NCBI GenBank assembly: GCA_014905635.1
Contig: CM026547.1
Coordinates: 4,216,001 to 4,280,000 of the forward strand
DNA from: Scenedesmus sp. PABB004
Taxonomy: Eukaryota
Direction: 5' to 3'
Length of the DNA stretch: 64,000 nt
The position numbers were made by a program, and so were the translations under genes. Position 1 is the stretch's first letter. Each line of letters opens with the position of its first letter. Shown in pieces: positions 48,671 through 61,028 of this stretch. A model generated the notes under the pieces. It searched no databases, was not told where the DNA came from, and saw only the letters and a program-made list of their open reading frames with translations.

Positions 48671-51132
48671 TCAGCGGCGGCGCAGGCGCAGCCAGCCCCA
48701 CAGCAGCGACCGCCGCGCGTCGCGGCGCGCGTGGCGCTGGCGCAGCTCCTCGCTGTCCTGCCACCAGGGCAGCGCCTTGACGCAGTTGCGGATGCCGTCG
48801 TCGAGCAGGCTCGTGTAGTTGCCGGCCTGCATCTCGGCGGTGACCTTGTCCCGGAAGCGGTGCGTGAGGCCGGCGAGGTTGTTGTTCGGCCGCTCCGCGG
48901 TGACCTTGCCCGCGTTGACGTCCTGCTCGTAGCCCTTCTTCTGCGCCTGGTACATCTTGTCCGCGTTGCTCCGCGAGTGCTGGCGGTGCACGATGAAGCC
49001 GGTCGGGTGCGCCAGGAACTTGTACCTGCGCGGCGCGCGCCGGCGCGGCACGCGCGTCGGCGCGGCACGCGCCACCCGCCGCGCGCTGGCGCCCGCCGCG
49101 CGCTGGCGCCCGCCGCTGCTGCAGCCGCCGCGCCGCTGCAGCCGCCGCCGCCGCCGCGCCAGGCCGCTGCGCACTTTTGGTAGAAGATGTTGATGACGTG
49201 TGAGACCTTGTTCCAGCCGTACCCGCGGAAGCTCACGTCGTACCAGGGGTTGTTGAAGCGGTCGATGATGAACCAGGGCTCGTAGCCGTCGTGGTACTCC
49301 ACCGCGTAGGGCTGGTCCGCCTTGAACCAGCGCGCGTAGTCGGTGCAGTTGTGGCCCTGCGCGCGCGCGCGCGGGGCGGCCCGCGGCGCGGCGTCGGCAG
49401 GGGCAGCGCGGCGTCGGCGCGAGCGCCGGCGGCACGGCGAGCACACAGCCAGCCGCGCGCGGCGGGGCCGCGCAGCGCGGCGCAGCCGGCCGCAGAGCCG
49501 CACCTGTCTGAAGAGGTAGAGCGCAAACTGGTAGACCAGGCGCTTCTGCACGAGCCGGCCGAGCTGCTCCTTGGTCATCATCGCCGCGCTGTCGGCGAGG
49601 TCGTGCGCGAGGCTCATGTTGCGCTGCGGCGCCGTCTCAAACGCGGGCAGCACGACGACGCTCTTGCCGCGCGTCATCTCGCGCAGCTGGTCGTAGCTGC
49701 AGCGGCGGCGGCGGCGGCGGCGGGGTGAGGCGCGGCGCGGCGCGGCCGACGCGCTGCGCGCCGCCGCCGCTGCTGCCCGCGCTGCGCGCCGCTGCCCGCG
49801 CCCGCCGCGCGGCGCGCCGCCGGCTCACTTTTTCTGCTCCAGCAGCCACTGCAGCAGCGCGTTGGAGACGATGAGGTCGACGTCCACCATCGCCACGAGC
49901 GGCGTGCGCGCCTGCGCCGCGACGCAACGGCGGCGGCGGCGGGGTGGGCGGCGGGCGCGCCGCCGGGCGCCGCCGGCGCTCCTCCCAGCGCGCGGCTGCC
50001 GCCGCCGCCGCGGGGCTCTCGGCCGCGCGGCGCGGGGCGCAGGTGGCGCGGCTGTGTCACCTGCAGCAGCGCGTAGTTGCGCATGGTGTTGATGGGGAAC
50101 ATGACCTTCATCACCTCATCCGACACGGTCTCATACAGCAGCATCACGTCCAGCTGGCAGTTGTCGGCCGCCTCCATCCTGCGCGCCCGACCCCGACGCG
50201 CGGCGGCGGCGACGGGGGAGCGCGCGCCGTGAGCTGGGGCGCGCGCGAGGCGCCGCCGCGGCCGCGCGCGCCGCGCCCGCCCCGTTGCTGCTGCTGTCGC
50301 GCCGCGCTGCGCGCCGTTTGTGGAAGGCGTCGACCACCTCCTCCGCCTCGCGCAGCGTGGCCTTGTGCTCCTCGCTGAGCCCGGGCGTCTTGTCCGGGTT
50401 GAACAGCACCACGTACACGGCCGCGCTGATGGGTCCCTTGTAGCTGGTGCACTGGCTCTCCAGCTGGTTCACGCGCCCCGGGTTGAGCCCCGTCACGATG
50501 GTCACCTTGACCACGGGCGCCTTGGCCGACCACCAGGCCTTGTGCAGCTTCATGCTGCGGGCGCGCGCGGGGACGGCGGGCGCGGGCGCGGCAGGCACGG
50601 CGGCGGCGGGCGCGTCGGCGGCGCGCGCGGCGCGGCGCGCGGCGCGGCCGGCCCGCGCCCGCGCCGCCTGCGGCACGGGCGCCGGCGGGGCGCCGGCGGC
50701 GCCCCGCGCGCGCCGGCGGGCTGGGCGGCCAACCGCTGCCGCGGCGGCGCCGCACCGCGCCGGCTTCTGGTACGCAAAGTCGCGGTACGTGGTCAGCTGG
50801 CTGTCGAATCCGTCGTTGATGCAGCTGAACAGCTCCGGGGGCGGCGGCACGGGCGCCGGCGCGGCGAGCAGCGCCTTGGCGGGCTGCCTGCCGGGGGCTG
50901 CTGCTGCTGTCCGGCTCCACAGCGCCACCCCCGCCACCAGCAGCAGCGCCAGGCCCCCCAGGCGCGCGCGTCCGGCCCAGAGCCAGCCCATGGCCTTGAG
51001 CTTGGGGTCGTAGGCCTCGCGGCCGGCCCCCGGCGGGCCCCGCGGCGCGTGCGCGCCTGCAACGTCCGGCGCGCCCGCCTCGCTGAGCGCTGCGCTGCTG
51101 TTCTTGCGGTGCGAGGGCACGAAAACACTCAT
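48671..51132 (-). CDS. LARGE-like type II membrane glycosyltransferase (GT49), 7 exons
   Basis: N-terminal TM (LGGLALLLVAGVALW), GPISAAVY, FPINTMRNYAL, DVD (DxD), VLPAFE, GHNCTDYARW, YEPW, FRGYGWNKVSH, FIVHRQH are typical of the LARGE glucuronyltransferase/B4GAT1 domain. Confidence 0.88.
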
Positions 51133-51891
51133 CCACGTCAGGCTCCCCGGGCCATCATGGTCGCGCGGGGGCGGGGCGCGCTGGCGGGCGCGGCGCTGCC
51201 GGGCGCGGCTGGGGCGAGCGCGGGGCGACCGAGCGCGGGCCGGCCGATGCCGCGGGGACCGAGACTGTGAGCCGGCGCGGCGCCCGGGCGAGCGCGGGGC
51301 GGGCCTGCGGCCGGCGGCGGCGGTGCGGGGCGCGTGACGGGCGGTTGGCCGCCGCCGCTGCCCGCGCTTTTTTCGGGGCGCAGCGCGCCGCGGGCTGCCC
51401 CGCGCCGGATTCGGTCGCGCCCGGCCGCTCGCAGCTCAGTCACACACGCTGGCACGGGACCAGCCAGCGCGCGCCCGCCGGCGCGCGGGCGCAGCGTCGG
51501 CGTGCGCAGCTCAACGCACGTGCGGTGCCCGCGCGGCCGTCAATCCGTCAGATGCGCCTGCCTACGACCCGCGCGCAACACCTGCTGCTCCGCCGCTGCC
51601 TGCTGCTGCTGATGCGCCGCGGCGCGGCACGGCGGCCGCCGTCCCAGGGGCGGCCGCCCGCCGGCCGCCCGGCGGTGAGTGACGGGACACGTCCCTCGGC
51701 CGCTGCCCCGGCGCGCGCGCGCCGCCCGGCCGCCCGCGGCGCGTTGGCCGCGGGCGCGCCGGCGCAGCGCGCCACTGCGCAGTCCCCCGGCGCCGGCGCG
51801 CGCGGCCCGCGCGCCCCTGCGCGCACGTGCGCCCGCTCCCCCCAACCCCCCGATCCCTGCTGCCCCATGCTGCCGCTGCCCGCCGCGGCGC

Positions 51892-53425
51892 TCAGCGCTG
51901 CGGCGCCTGGTTGAACTTGCTGGGGTCCTTCTTGGCGCCCGCCTTCTTCGCGCGCGCCTTGGCCTCCGCCGCCGCCGCCGCAGCTACGCTCTTCTTCTTG
52001 GCGTCCGAGGCCTTCTTCTTGGCCGCCAGGCGCGCCTTGACCTGACGCACGCGGCGCGCGCGGGCGGGCCGGTCAGGCGCGGCCCCGCACCGGCGCCACC
52101 CGCCCCCTGCGCGCGCCCCTCGCCCGCCGCGCGCCGTGCGCGCCGCACCACCGCGGGGTCGACCGTCTCGCCGCCGCCCTCCTCCTCCTCCTCCTCCGGC
52201 TCCGGCTCCGGCGGCGGCGCCGCGGCCGCGGCGCCCGGCTGCTGCTCGCCGCCCTCGGCGCGCTTGCGCTCCTTGTCCTTCTTCTTCCGCCGCTTCTCCG
52301 CCGCCGCCTCGGCGGCCGCCTTCTCCTCGGTGCTGATGCCGAGCTCGCTGAAGATGGCGTCCAGCTCGTCCAGCTCCTTCTTTTTCAGCTCCTGCGGCGG
52401 CGCGGCGCGGCGCGGCGCGCGCGCGTCGGGCGGGGCGGCGGGGCGGGCGCGGCGCGGCGGGCAAGCCGCGGCTGCTGCACGGCGGCGGGCGAGGGAAGGA
52501 GCGCGGGAGCGGCGGCTGCGGCGACGCCGCACCTTCTTGGACAGCTGCTTCTCGGGCTCGGCGGCGGGCTTGGCCGCGGCCGCGGCGGCGGCGGCGGCGG
52601 CGGCGGCCTCGTCGCCCTCTGCAGCGGGCTCTGCGGTCGGCGGCCGCGGGCGCGCGCGTTCGCTGGGCGCGGCGGCAGCCGCCGCCGCCGGCGGCGCTGC
52701 CGCGTGCGGCCGCGGCGCGGGTGGGGCGCGCGCGGCGCGCGCGCACCTTCGTGCGGCTCGTCCTCGTGCTCCTCGTCGTCGTCGTCGTGGTCGAGCTCGA
52801 GGCCCAGCTCCTTCTCAATGTCCACCTCCTGCGCCCGCGGCCGCCAGGCGCCGGCGGCGGTTGGCGGCGCACGGGCCGCACCGCGCGCAGCGGCTGCGGC
52901 GGCGGCTGCGAGCGCCGCCGGCGGTCGCTGCGCCGGCCGTCGCTGCTGCCGCCGCCCCGCGCGCGCGCGCACCTCGCTGTCCTCGTGCTCCTCGTGCTCC
53001 TCGTGCTCCTCGTGCTCCTCGTGCGCCTCCTCGCCGGCGGCGGCGCCGTTGGCGGCGCCGGCGGGCTGCGGCGCGGCGCGGCAGCAGCGGCAGCAGCGGC
53101 GGCCGCGTCGGCGGCGGCCGCGCGTCGGCGCCGGCCGCGCGTCGGCCGGCCGGGCGCGCCGCGGCGCCAGGCTGGCCGGGGGCCGCACCTGGTCCCAGGT
53201 GGAGGGCAGGCTGGGCACGGCGTAGTCGTCGTCGTCCTCGTCGGCCCAGCTGGTGATGTTGATGCTCGGCTGGCTGAAGATTGCCTTCTCCAGCTCCGCC
53301 GTGGACACGGTCTTCTTGTCCTTCTTCTTCTTCTTGTCGTGGTCCTTGCCCGAGCTGCTGCTGCCCGCCTTCTTCTTGGCCTTTTTGGCGTCCGCTAGCG
53401 CGGCGAACGCATTGCTCGTCTGCAT
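51892..53425 (-). CDS. Conserved green-lineage Lys/Glu-rich uncharacterised protein, 6 exons
   Basis: SNAFAAL, SWADEDDDDY, EKQLSKK|ELKKKELDELDAIFSELG and terminal KKDPSKFNQAPQR resemble a plant expressed-protein family. Contains an (EEH)n repeat at about 52981-53025. Confidence 0.8.
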
Positions 53426-53837
53426 GGCCGCGCGGCCCGCGGTGACACCAGATCTGGCCCCCTGATCGCGCTGCGCGCCCAGCGGCCGCTAATGTCGGCG
53501 CCGGCCGCAGCAGCAGCAGTGCGAGCGAGAGGGGTCGCGGCGGAGGCGGCGCGGCCGCGCAGGCGATCGCGGTGGCGTCCTGAGGGGCGTGAGCGAGGAG
53601 GCAGCGGAGTGCGTGTGGCGCCGCGGGCGCGCGGGCAGCTCGGCCGCGCCCTCCGGCAAGCAGGCGGGCGGCCGCGTCACGCCTGGCTGCTTGACGCGGA
53701 GAGCAGCGGGCTGCGCAGTCCAGCGGTCCAACGAACGGTCACCGCCCGCCGTGCCGGCAGCCGCGGCCGCCCCGCCGCGGCCCGCCGCCGCGCGTGCCGT
53801 GCCGCGCGCGGCACGCCGCCGCCAACGTGCCGCGCGC

Positions 53838-55585
53838 TCACTCGCTGTCGCTGGAGACGTAGCCGCCGTCCAGCACCGCCGGCGCACCCTCCAGGCGCGC
53901 CCGCGGCCGGCGCGGCGGGCGCTCACCCCCGGCGCCGCCGCGCGCGCCGCGCCGCTCGGCGCACCGCGCGTCGTCGCGGCCCCGGCCGCTGTCCGCCTCA
54001 TCGTCCCGGGGGCGCGCGCCGTCGCGCTGCCGCTGCAGCTCCGCGCCGGCGTGCGCGTGGGGCCGGGGCGCGCGCACGCCCGGCGGCGGCGCGTGCGGCG
54101 CGGCGTGCGGCCCGGCCCGCGCGGCCGCCGCCGCGCGGCCGCGCGCCGCGGCGGCCGCGCCCTGAATCGCCGCAATCGCGGCGGCGCCCCGGGCGAGCCG
54201 GTCTTCGGCGCGCGGCCGCGCCCGCGGCCGCCGCTCCGCGCCGCCCGCTCCCTGGCCGCCGCCGTCGCCGGCGCCGTCGCTCGGGAGCAGCTCGTCCGCG
54301 CCCCACCACGCGTCAGGCTGCTGAAACCAGGGCAGCTCCCGCGGAGGCGCCAGCTCCGCCAGTGGCGGCGGCAGCTGCAGCTGCGACCAGATCGCCAGGC
54401 TCGGCGGCGGCGGCGGCGAGTAGCGCGGCGGGCTCGGCGGCGGCGGCGGCGAGTAGCGCGGCGGGCTCGGCGGCGGCGGCGGCGAGTAGCGCGGCGACGC
54501 GTCGCCCAGGCCCGCCAGGATGGCGGCGGCCGCCGCGTCGGCGGGCGCCGCGCCGGCCGGGCCGGGCTGCGCCCCGCCGCGGCCGCGCCGGGCGTCGCGG
54601 CCGTTCCGCGCGGACGCGCCGTGCTGCGGGTGGCGCCACGGCCCCCCGGCGCCCGGGCCGCGCAGCGCGCGCGCCGCGTCGGCCGCATGGCCGGCCGCCG
54701 CGGCTGCTGCCGCGGCGGCGGCCGCCGCCGCCGCGCCGGGGTCGTCGCCGCCGCCGGCGGCCGCCGCGCGCAGCGGATACGCGCTGCCGCGCCTGCTGCC
54801 GGGGCCAGGGCCGCCGCCGAGCCACGGGGGCAGCGCCCCGGCGCCGCGGAAGTCGGCAGGTTCGAAGGCGTGCGCGCCGCGCCGCACGGCGCGCGCACCG
54901 GCGCGGTGGCCGCCGCCGCCGGGCGGCGGCGCGAGGCTGGCCAGCATCCCCTCCAGGACCTGCAGGCCCAGCCCGCCCAGGCCCAGGGCGTCCATGCCGT
55001 GCTGCTCCGCGCCGCGCTCGCGCCGCTCGCGCTCGAGCCGCTGCCGGCGCGCTGCGGGCGCGCGGGCACGCGCGGGCGCGCGTGGGCGCGCGGGCGCGGC
55101 GCTCCGGCGTCGCCGCCGCGCGCGGTGCGCTCGGCCACGGCCGCCGCACCCTGCTCCTGCTGCTTCACCTCCGCCTCGCGCGCCTCGAAGCGGCGCGGGA
55201 AGAGCTTGCGTATCAGGTCCTGCGCGGCGCGTGCGCGCGGGCGGCCCTCGGCGCCGGCCCCGGCGCCGCCGCCCGCCGGCGCCGTCGCGGCGCCGCACCT
55301 TCAGCCTGATGCACACGCCTGCGGCGGCGGGCGCCGCGGCCGCGCGTCAGGGGCCGCCGCGGGCAGGCGGCGCGGGCGGCGGCGGCGCGGCGCCTCACCA
55401 AACTCCTCGCGGCGGCCGAAGTGCGGCGCCAGCGCGGTGCGGCAGACGGGGCAGGTCGGGCTCTTGTCGGCCCAGTCCGCGAGGCAGGCCCGGCAGACGT
55501 CGTGCCCGCACCTGAGCACCACGGGGTCGTAGAGCAGGTCTGGCGAGGGCGGAGCGGCAGCGGCGGCGTCGCACGCTCCTGTCCA

Positions 55586-55617
<32 letters not shown>

Positions 55618-55820
55618 ATGCGCCTGAGCGGCGGGCGGCCGCCGGAACGCTCACCAAAGCACACCACGCACTCAAACTCGTTCACCGCCAGCACCGCCAC
55701 CTCGTCCTCCGCTTCTGGCCCTCGCTCGGCATGTGCCTCTGCCTCCGCTCGCTGGCGCTTCGCACTGGGCGTCTCGCCCCCCTCACGCGCTCCAGAGACG
55801 ATGACTGTGCGCTTCTGCAT
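53838..55820 (-). CDS. RING-HC (C3HC4) finger protein, putative E3 ligase with long low-complexity C-terminus, 5 exons
   Basis: FECVVCF|DLLYDPVVLRCGHDVCRACLADWADKSPTCPVCR gives C-x2-C...C-x-H-x2-C-x2-C...C-x2-C, followed by LK|DLIRKLFP. Confidence 0.85.
54398..54496 (-). repeat. Coding 33-bp tandem repeat x3 (SPPRYSPPPPP)
   Basis: GGCTCGGCGGCGGCGGCGGCGAGTAGCGCGGCG occurs three times in tandem inside the RING gene last exon. Confidence 0.95.
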
Positions 55821-56028
55821 TCTGCGGAAGGCAGCTGCACCAGCGGCGAGCGCAACAGCAGCGCAACAGCAGCTGCTGCTGCCGCCGCCGGGCCGACAAA
55901 GGAGGCGTGCTGTGGACTCCAGGTGCTGCGGTGGGGACAGTGTTCCCAACGGGTTTGCGCGGCGCGGCGCGGTCCGTCGCTGTCCGGCAGGGCACAGGGG
56001 CGCAAGCTGCGGCGCGCGTTGCCGTGCG

Positions 56029-59000
56029 TCACGCCGGCCCCGCCCACGCGGCGCGCGCGGCGACCGCGGCGCGGCGCACGGCGCGGCGGTCGTCGTCCAG
56101 CGCGGCCGTGAGCGCGGCGAGCACGGCGCGCCGCCCCGGGTGAAGCAGGTGGTACGGCAGCCCGTCGAGCGCCGCGGCGAGCCCCGCGAGCGCGGCCTCG
56201 CGCACCGCCGCCGCGCCGGCGGCGAGCTCCGCGCGCGCGGCGGGGCCGCCCCCGGGCTCCGAGGCGCACCCGTCGCCGCGCGGCGGCGTGAGCGCCGAGA
56301 GCGCGCACAGCACGCGCAGCAGCTCCTCCGCGCGCGGCTCCAGCAGCGCCGCGGACGGGCTGCCCGGCGCCAGCAGGTCGCGCAGCATCCCGAGGCAGCC
56401 GGCCAGCAGGCGCGCGTGGCCAGGCGATGCGGCGCCGGCGCCGCCGGCGCCGCCGGCGCCGAGCTGCGTGAGGCACTGCAGCAGCAGCGGCACCGCCTGC
56501 TCGCGCGCCCCGGCGGCCACCGCCGGCGGCGCGGCCACGAGCAGGCTGGCGGCGGCGAGGCAGAGGCCCTGCGCCGCTGCGCCGCTGGCGGCCGCGCCCA
56601 CGGCGTCTGCCGTCTCCGCGAGCGCACGCGTGAACGCCCGCTGCTGCCACAGCGGCCGCCCGCAGAAGTGCTGGCTCAGCTGCAGGCCGAGCGCCAGCCC
56701 GCCGTCTGCGGCCGCCGACAGCGGCGCGCTCGCCGCCTGCGGCGACCCGCTGTTCGCGGCCCCGGCGGCGCCGCACGCCGCCGGCGGCGTGGCCAGCAGC
56801 ACCGCAAAGAAGCGCGCCGCAGCCCACGCGAGCGCGCCGCCGGGCTTGGGGCCGGCGGCCAGCAGCCGCAGCACCAGCCGCATGAGCGGCTGCCAGCCGT
56901 CGTGGCGCTGCATCGCCAGGCCCCGCGACAGCCAGGCCGCCGCGCGCAGCGCGCCCAGCACGCTGCCCTGCTCCTGCTCCTGCTGCCCACCGCCCGCCGC
57001 CGCCGCCGCAGCCGCCGCCGCCGCCTCCAGTGGCGCTTGCAGCGACGGCAGCGACGCCGCCAGCAGCGCGTCGGGCGTCGCCGCGCTGGCGGCGGTGCCG
57101 GTGGTCGCCCTGGCGCTGCAGGCCACGCACTTGTGCACGACGCACGCGAGCGCGACGCCCGCTGCCGCGCTGTCCAGCCAGCCCGCGCCGGCACTGCTCC
57201 GCGTGGCGAGGGCGGCCAGCGCTGCCACCAGGTCCAGCACGCTGCCGGCCATCAGCAGGCCCGGCCGGCAGGCCGCCAGCACGGCGGCTGCCAGGCAGGG
57301 CGGGCCCGCCACGCCCGGCACGCCCGCCGCAGCAGCGGCCGCCCACTCACAGCCCGTGAGCGCCAGCGGGTCCTGGTCAGCGGCGCTGCAGCGCGCCGCC
57401 AGCTGCGCCAGCAGCAGGCAGGCGTGGTATGCCGCCGTGGCGCCGTGCCCCTGCGCGCCCAGGCCCCCGCTCGCCTGCCAGGCGCGCAGCAGGTCCGCGC
57501 AGAAGGCGGCGGCGGCCGCCGAGTCCGCCGCCGGCAGGTCCGCAGGCAGCGCCGGCGCGCAGCGGGCGTGCAGGATCGGGAGAACCGTAGCGAGGCCGGC
57601 CTGGGCGGGGCAGGGAGCGCGGCACGGGCGTGAGCTCAAGCGACGGCCAACAGACAACGCCCGCCGCTGGCTCGCGCGTCGCCGCGCGCCGCTCACCACG
57701 TCGCCCGCAGTGACCTGCTGCAGCACCAGCGGCTGCAGCCACTCCTGCACCCGCCACGCCGCCGGCGCGCTGCTGCAGGCCACCGTCGCCAGCAGCTCCG
57801 CCGCCGCCGCCGCGGCGTCGCCGCCTGGGCCGCCCGCCTGCAGCATGCCCAGCAGCAGCGGTGCCGCGTGCGCCTGCAACGCCTGCATGCCCGACGCACT
57901 GCCGCCGCTGCTGTCCGCGCCGGCGGGCCAGCACGCCATGCGCGCGAGCGCCGCCGCCGCGGCGCCCGCCACGCTGCAGCCGTCGCCCGCGTCGCTGCCG
58001 CCCGGGCACAGCTGGAGCTCGCGCTCCTCCCGCTCGCTGTGCAGCGCGAGGGCCACGAGGCGCTGCGCGGCGGCGTCGACGTCAGCCTGTGCCAGGCGCG
58101 CGACGCCAGCCGGCAGCACGAGCAGGCGCTGCCACAGCAGCAGCGTCCACAGCTGCAGCTGCTCGGCCTGCGCAGCCTCGGCGGCGGCGCTCGGCGCGGC
58201 CACCGCATCGCCGCCGCCTGCACCGCGCGCCAGCGCCTGCCGCGCGAGCGCGTCCATGCGCTGCAGCGCGTCCATGCGCTGCAGCGCGGCAGCGACGCTC
58301 GGCGCGAGCTCCGCCAACGCTGCGTAGCCGTCGCCGGCGCCGCTGCCGCCGGCATCGGCGCCATCGTCGTCCAGCGCCTCACCCACTGCCGCGAGCGTGT
58401 GGTGCAGCACGCACAGCACGCCGCAATTGGCCTGCAGCGGCCGCAGCTGCGCGGCGTCGTCGAGCAGTGCTGTCACCGCCGGCCGCAGCAGCTCCGCGCA
58501 GACCGCCGCGCAGCTGGCGCCGCCGGCCGCTGCCACCTGCGGCGTGCGGCGCGGGCGGCTCGCACGGCAAGGCACCCCACGCACGGAACAAGCCGCCGGC
58601 GGCGCTCGCGCGCTCCGCCGCCGCTCACCGCGCCGACGGTGCGGGCGATGCAGGCGAGGCGCCGCTGCGCGCGTTCAGGCAGGTCCCAGCCCTCGCCGCC
58701 GCCGCCGCCCCCGCTCGGCGCGCCGGGCGCTGCATTGACCCAGGGCGGGTTGGTGAGGCCCAGGAACTGCTGCAGGTCCTCCACCGCCACGTCAGACAGC
58801 ACCTGCCGGTCCAGCTGCCCGGGGCCGAGCGCCGCGACGCAGCGGCGCAGCGCGGCCGCGGCGTCGCACGCCGCCGCGCGCCGCGCCGCGGCCTGCTCGC
58901 CCAGCAGGCCGTCGGCCGCCGCTGGCGCCATGAGCTCGTGCTTCAGCATGAGCCAGACCTGCGTGCGTTGGGGGCGGGTGCAGCAGGTGTGCCAAGCTGG

Positions 59001-60581
59001 GTGCAGACCCGCGGGGCAGGCCGACGCTCGGCCGGGAGCCAGCGGCGCGTCACGCGGCGCACCGCCTGCAGGTGCGGGCGCACGGCGGCGGGGCCCCAGC
59101 CCCGGCAGCACGCGGGCAGCGCGGTGAGCGAGTCGGCCTTGGCCTGCCTGCAGCGACGGCGGCGGCGTCGGTGCCGGCGGCGGCGGCCGCGGTGTGGGCA
59201 CCGCCCCGGCCCGCGCCGCGCGGCCGAGGTCGCGCCGCGCCCCGCCGCCGCGCACTTGAGCGACGAGCTGAGCTTCTCGCTCAGCAGCGGCACGGCGAGG
59301 CCAGCAAAGCCGGGGCAGCCGGCCATCGCGGCGACGACGCCGCCGAGGAGCTGCGCGCGCGTGATGCCGCCGGGGTCGCGCTGCTTGGGCGGCGTGAAGA
59401 CCATGGGGAAATAGGGCAGCACGCCGACGTCAAACAGCTCCTCCAGCGCCGCCGGGCCGAGGTGCCCCGCGCCCGCCGCGGGCGGGGACGCGTAGAGGGC
59501 GCACACCGCCTGCGGCGGCGGGCGCGGCGGGCGCGGCGGCGGGCGCGGCGGCGGCGCGCGAGCGGGTGTGCGCCGCGCGTCGGCGGCGCGCGCGGACGGC
59601 GGCGGCGCGCCAGGGCCGGGCGGGCGGGCGCGGGGCGCGGGGCGCGGGGCGCGGGGCGCGGGGCGCGGGCTCGGAAGCATGGGGCGTGCGCGCACCCGCA
59701 CGCACTCCAGCGAGAGCAGCAGGCACCGCGGGTCCCCCTCGTTCTCGATCGCCGCGACCGTGAAAGCGGCGAGGTCGACGCCGGGCAAGGCGAGCGCGGC
59801 GGGCGCGCCGTAGGGCCCCTGCCGTCGGCGGCCGCGGCGGCGGGCGTGGGCGTGGGAGGTGCAGCAGCCGCCGCGCAGCGCCCGCGGCTGCGCCACGGCG
59901 ACCGCCGCCTCTGCGCGCGAGCGCGCGCCTGCAGGGCCTCCAGGAGCAGCCTGTAGCAGGCGAGGCGGCCGCGGTAGTCCAAGGCCTGGGGGTTGACGGC
60001 GGCGAAGCGCCGGACGAGCGCCACGGCGTCGGGCTCCGGCAGCGGCGCGAGCGCCGGCTCGCGGTGCCGCGCCAGCAGCGCCAGGCAGCCAGGCAGCGCG
60101 GGCTCGAGGCAGCGCCAGTCCTGCAGCTTGGCAGCCAGAAACTCTGCCAGCACGCCCACGTCGCCCTGCTTCAGCGCCGCCGGCGCGTCGGCGGCGGCCT
60201 GCGAGCGCGCCGCGCGCTTTGTATGGGTCTGCATGGCACCGCGGGCCCGTGCTGCTGCGGCCGCGGCCTCCCTCCAGCCAGCCAGGGGCCAGCTCACCGA
60301 GGAGAGCAGCTGCACCGCGCGCGCGCGGGCCTCGTGGTCCTGGTCGTCCGTGAGCGGGCGCTGCAGCAGCTGCACCTGCGGCCGGCGGCAGCAGCGCCAG
60401 CAGCGGCAGCGTCGGCGCCGGCCGCACGCCGGTCGAAGGCAGCGCGTCCCGCGGCCTGCGGGCGCCGCACCAGGCCCAGCACGCTCAGGGCGCCGCCACG
60501 CAGCGCGTCGAGCAGCGCCGCTGCCGCCGCCGCCGCGGCCGCCGCCTCGCTGCCGACCGCCTGATCCGCGAGCGCCTCCAT
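56029..60581 (-). CDS. MMS19: MMS19/MET18 cytosolic Fe-S assembly targeting factor, about 9 exons
   Basis: ARARAVQLLS, FLAAKLQDW, IENEGDPRCLLLSL, ELFDV..PYFPMVFTPP..DPGGITR.QL, PLLSEKLSS and C-terminal VREAAL..L...LPYHLLHP...VL.AL..ALDDDRRAVRRAAV.AR..W. Confidence 0.93.
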
Positions 60582-60813
60582 GGCTGCGATCACAGCGCGC
60601 GGCTGGGGCGGCGCGGTGCGCGCCGCGGCGGGATCGCGGCCGGGCCCCCGCGCGTCCGCTGCGAGCGCTGGCGGCGCCGCGGGCGTGGCGCGGAGGGATC
60701 CGTCCGGCAGGAGGTGGTGATGCTGGGGCCCGCCGTGAGGGCACGCCGGCAGACGCAGCGCCGCCGTCCGCAGGGCTTTGCGCAGGTGCACCACGCGGCG
60801 CGGCACGCGTGCT

Positions 60814-61028
60814 CAGTGGTGTCAGCGTTGGTAATCTAGCAATCTGGGTAGTCTGGGGAGTAAGCTTTTGCGGGCCGGTAATCTGCACAGAGTACGGTTT
60901 TTTGAGCGCTGGCGGGCTGTCTTAATCTGGCACAGCAGGCCGGCGGTTGCGCCGCCCTGGCCCAGATTGAGCGTCTGCGGGCTCATACTCTGGCTGGAGT
61001 AGGCCCCACAGCAACGCTGACACCACTG
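60814..61028. mobile_element. Non-autonomous hAT-type MITE, 215 bp
   Basis: Perfect 17-bp TIRs CAGTGGTGTCAGCGTTG (60814-60830) and CAACGCTGACACCACTG (61012-61028), identical 8-bp TSD CGCGTGCT (60806-60813 and 61029-61036), internal AATCT repeats, lower GC than flanks. Confidence 0.92.

Noticed and set aside
4313..60581. FANCI and MMS19 as a DNA-repair gene cluster
   Set aside because: They are about 45 kb apart with unrelated housekeeping genes between them.
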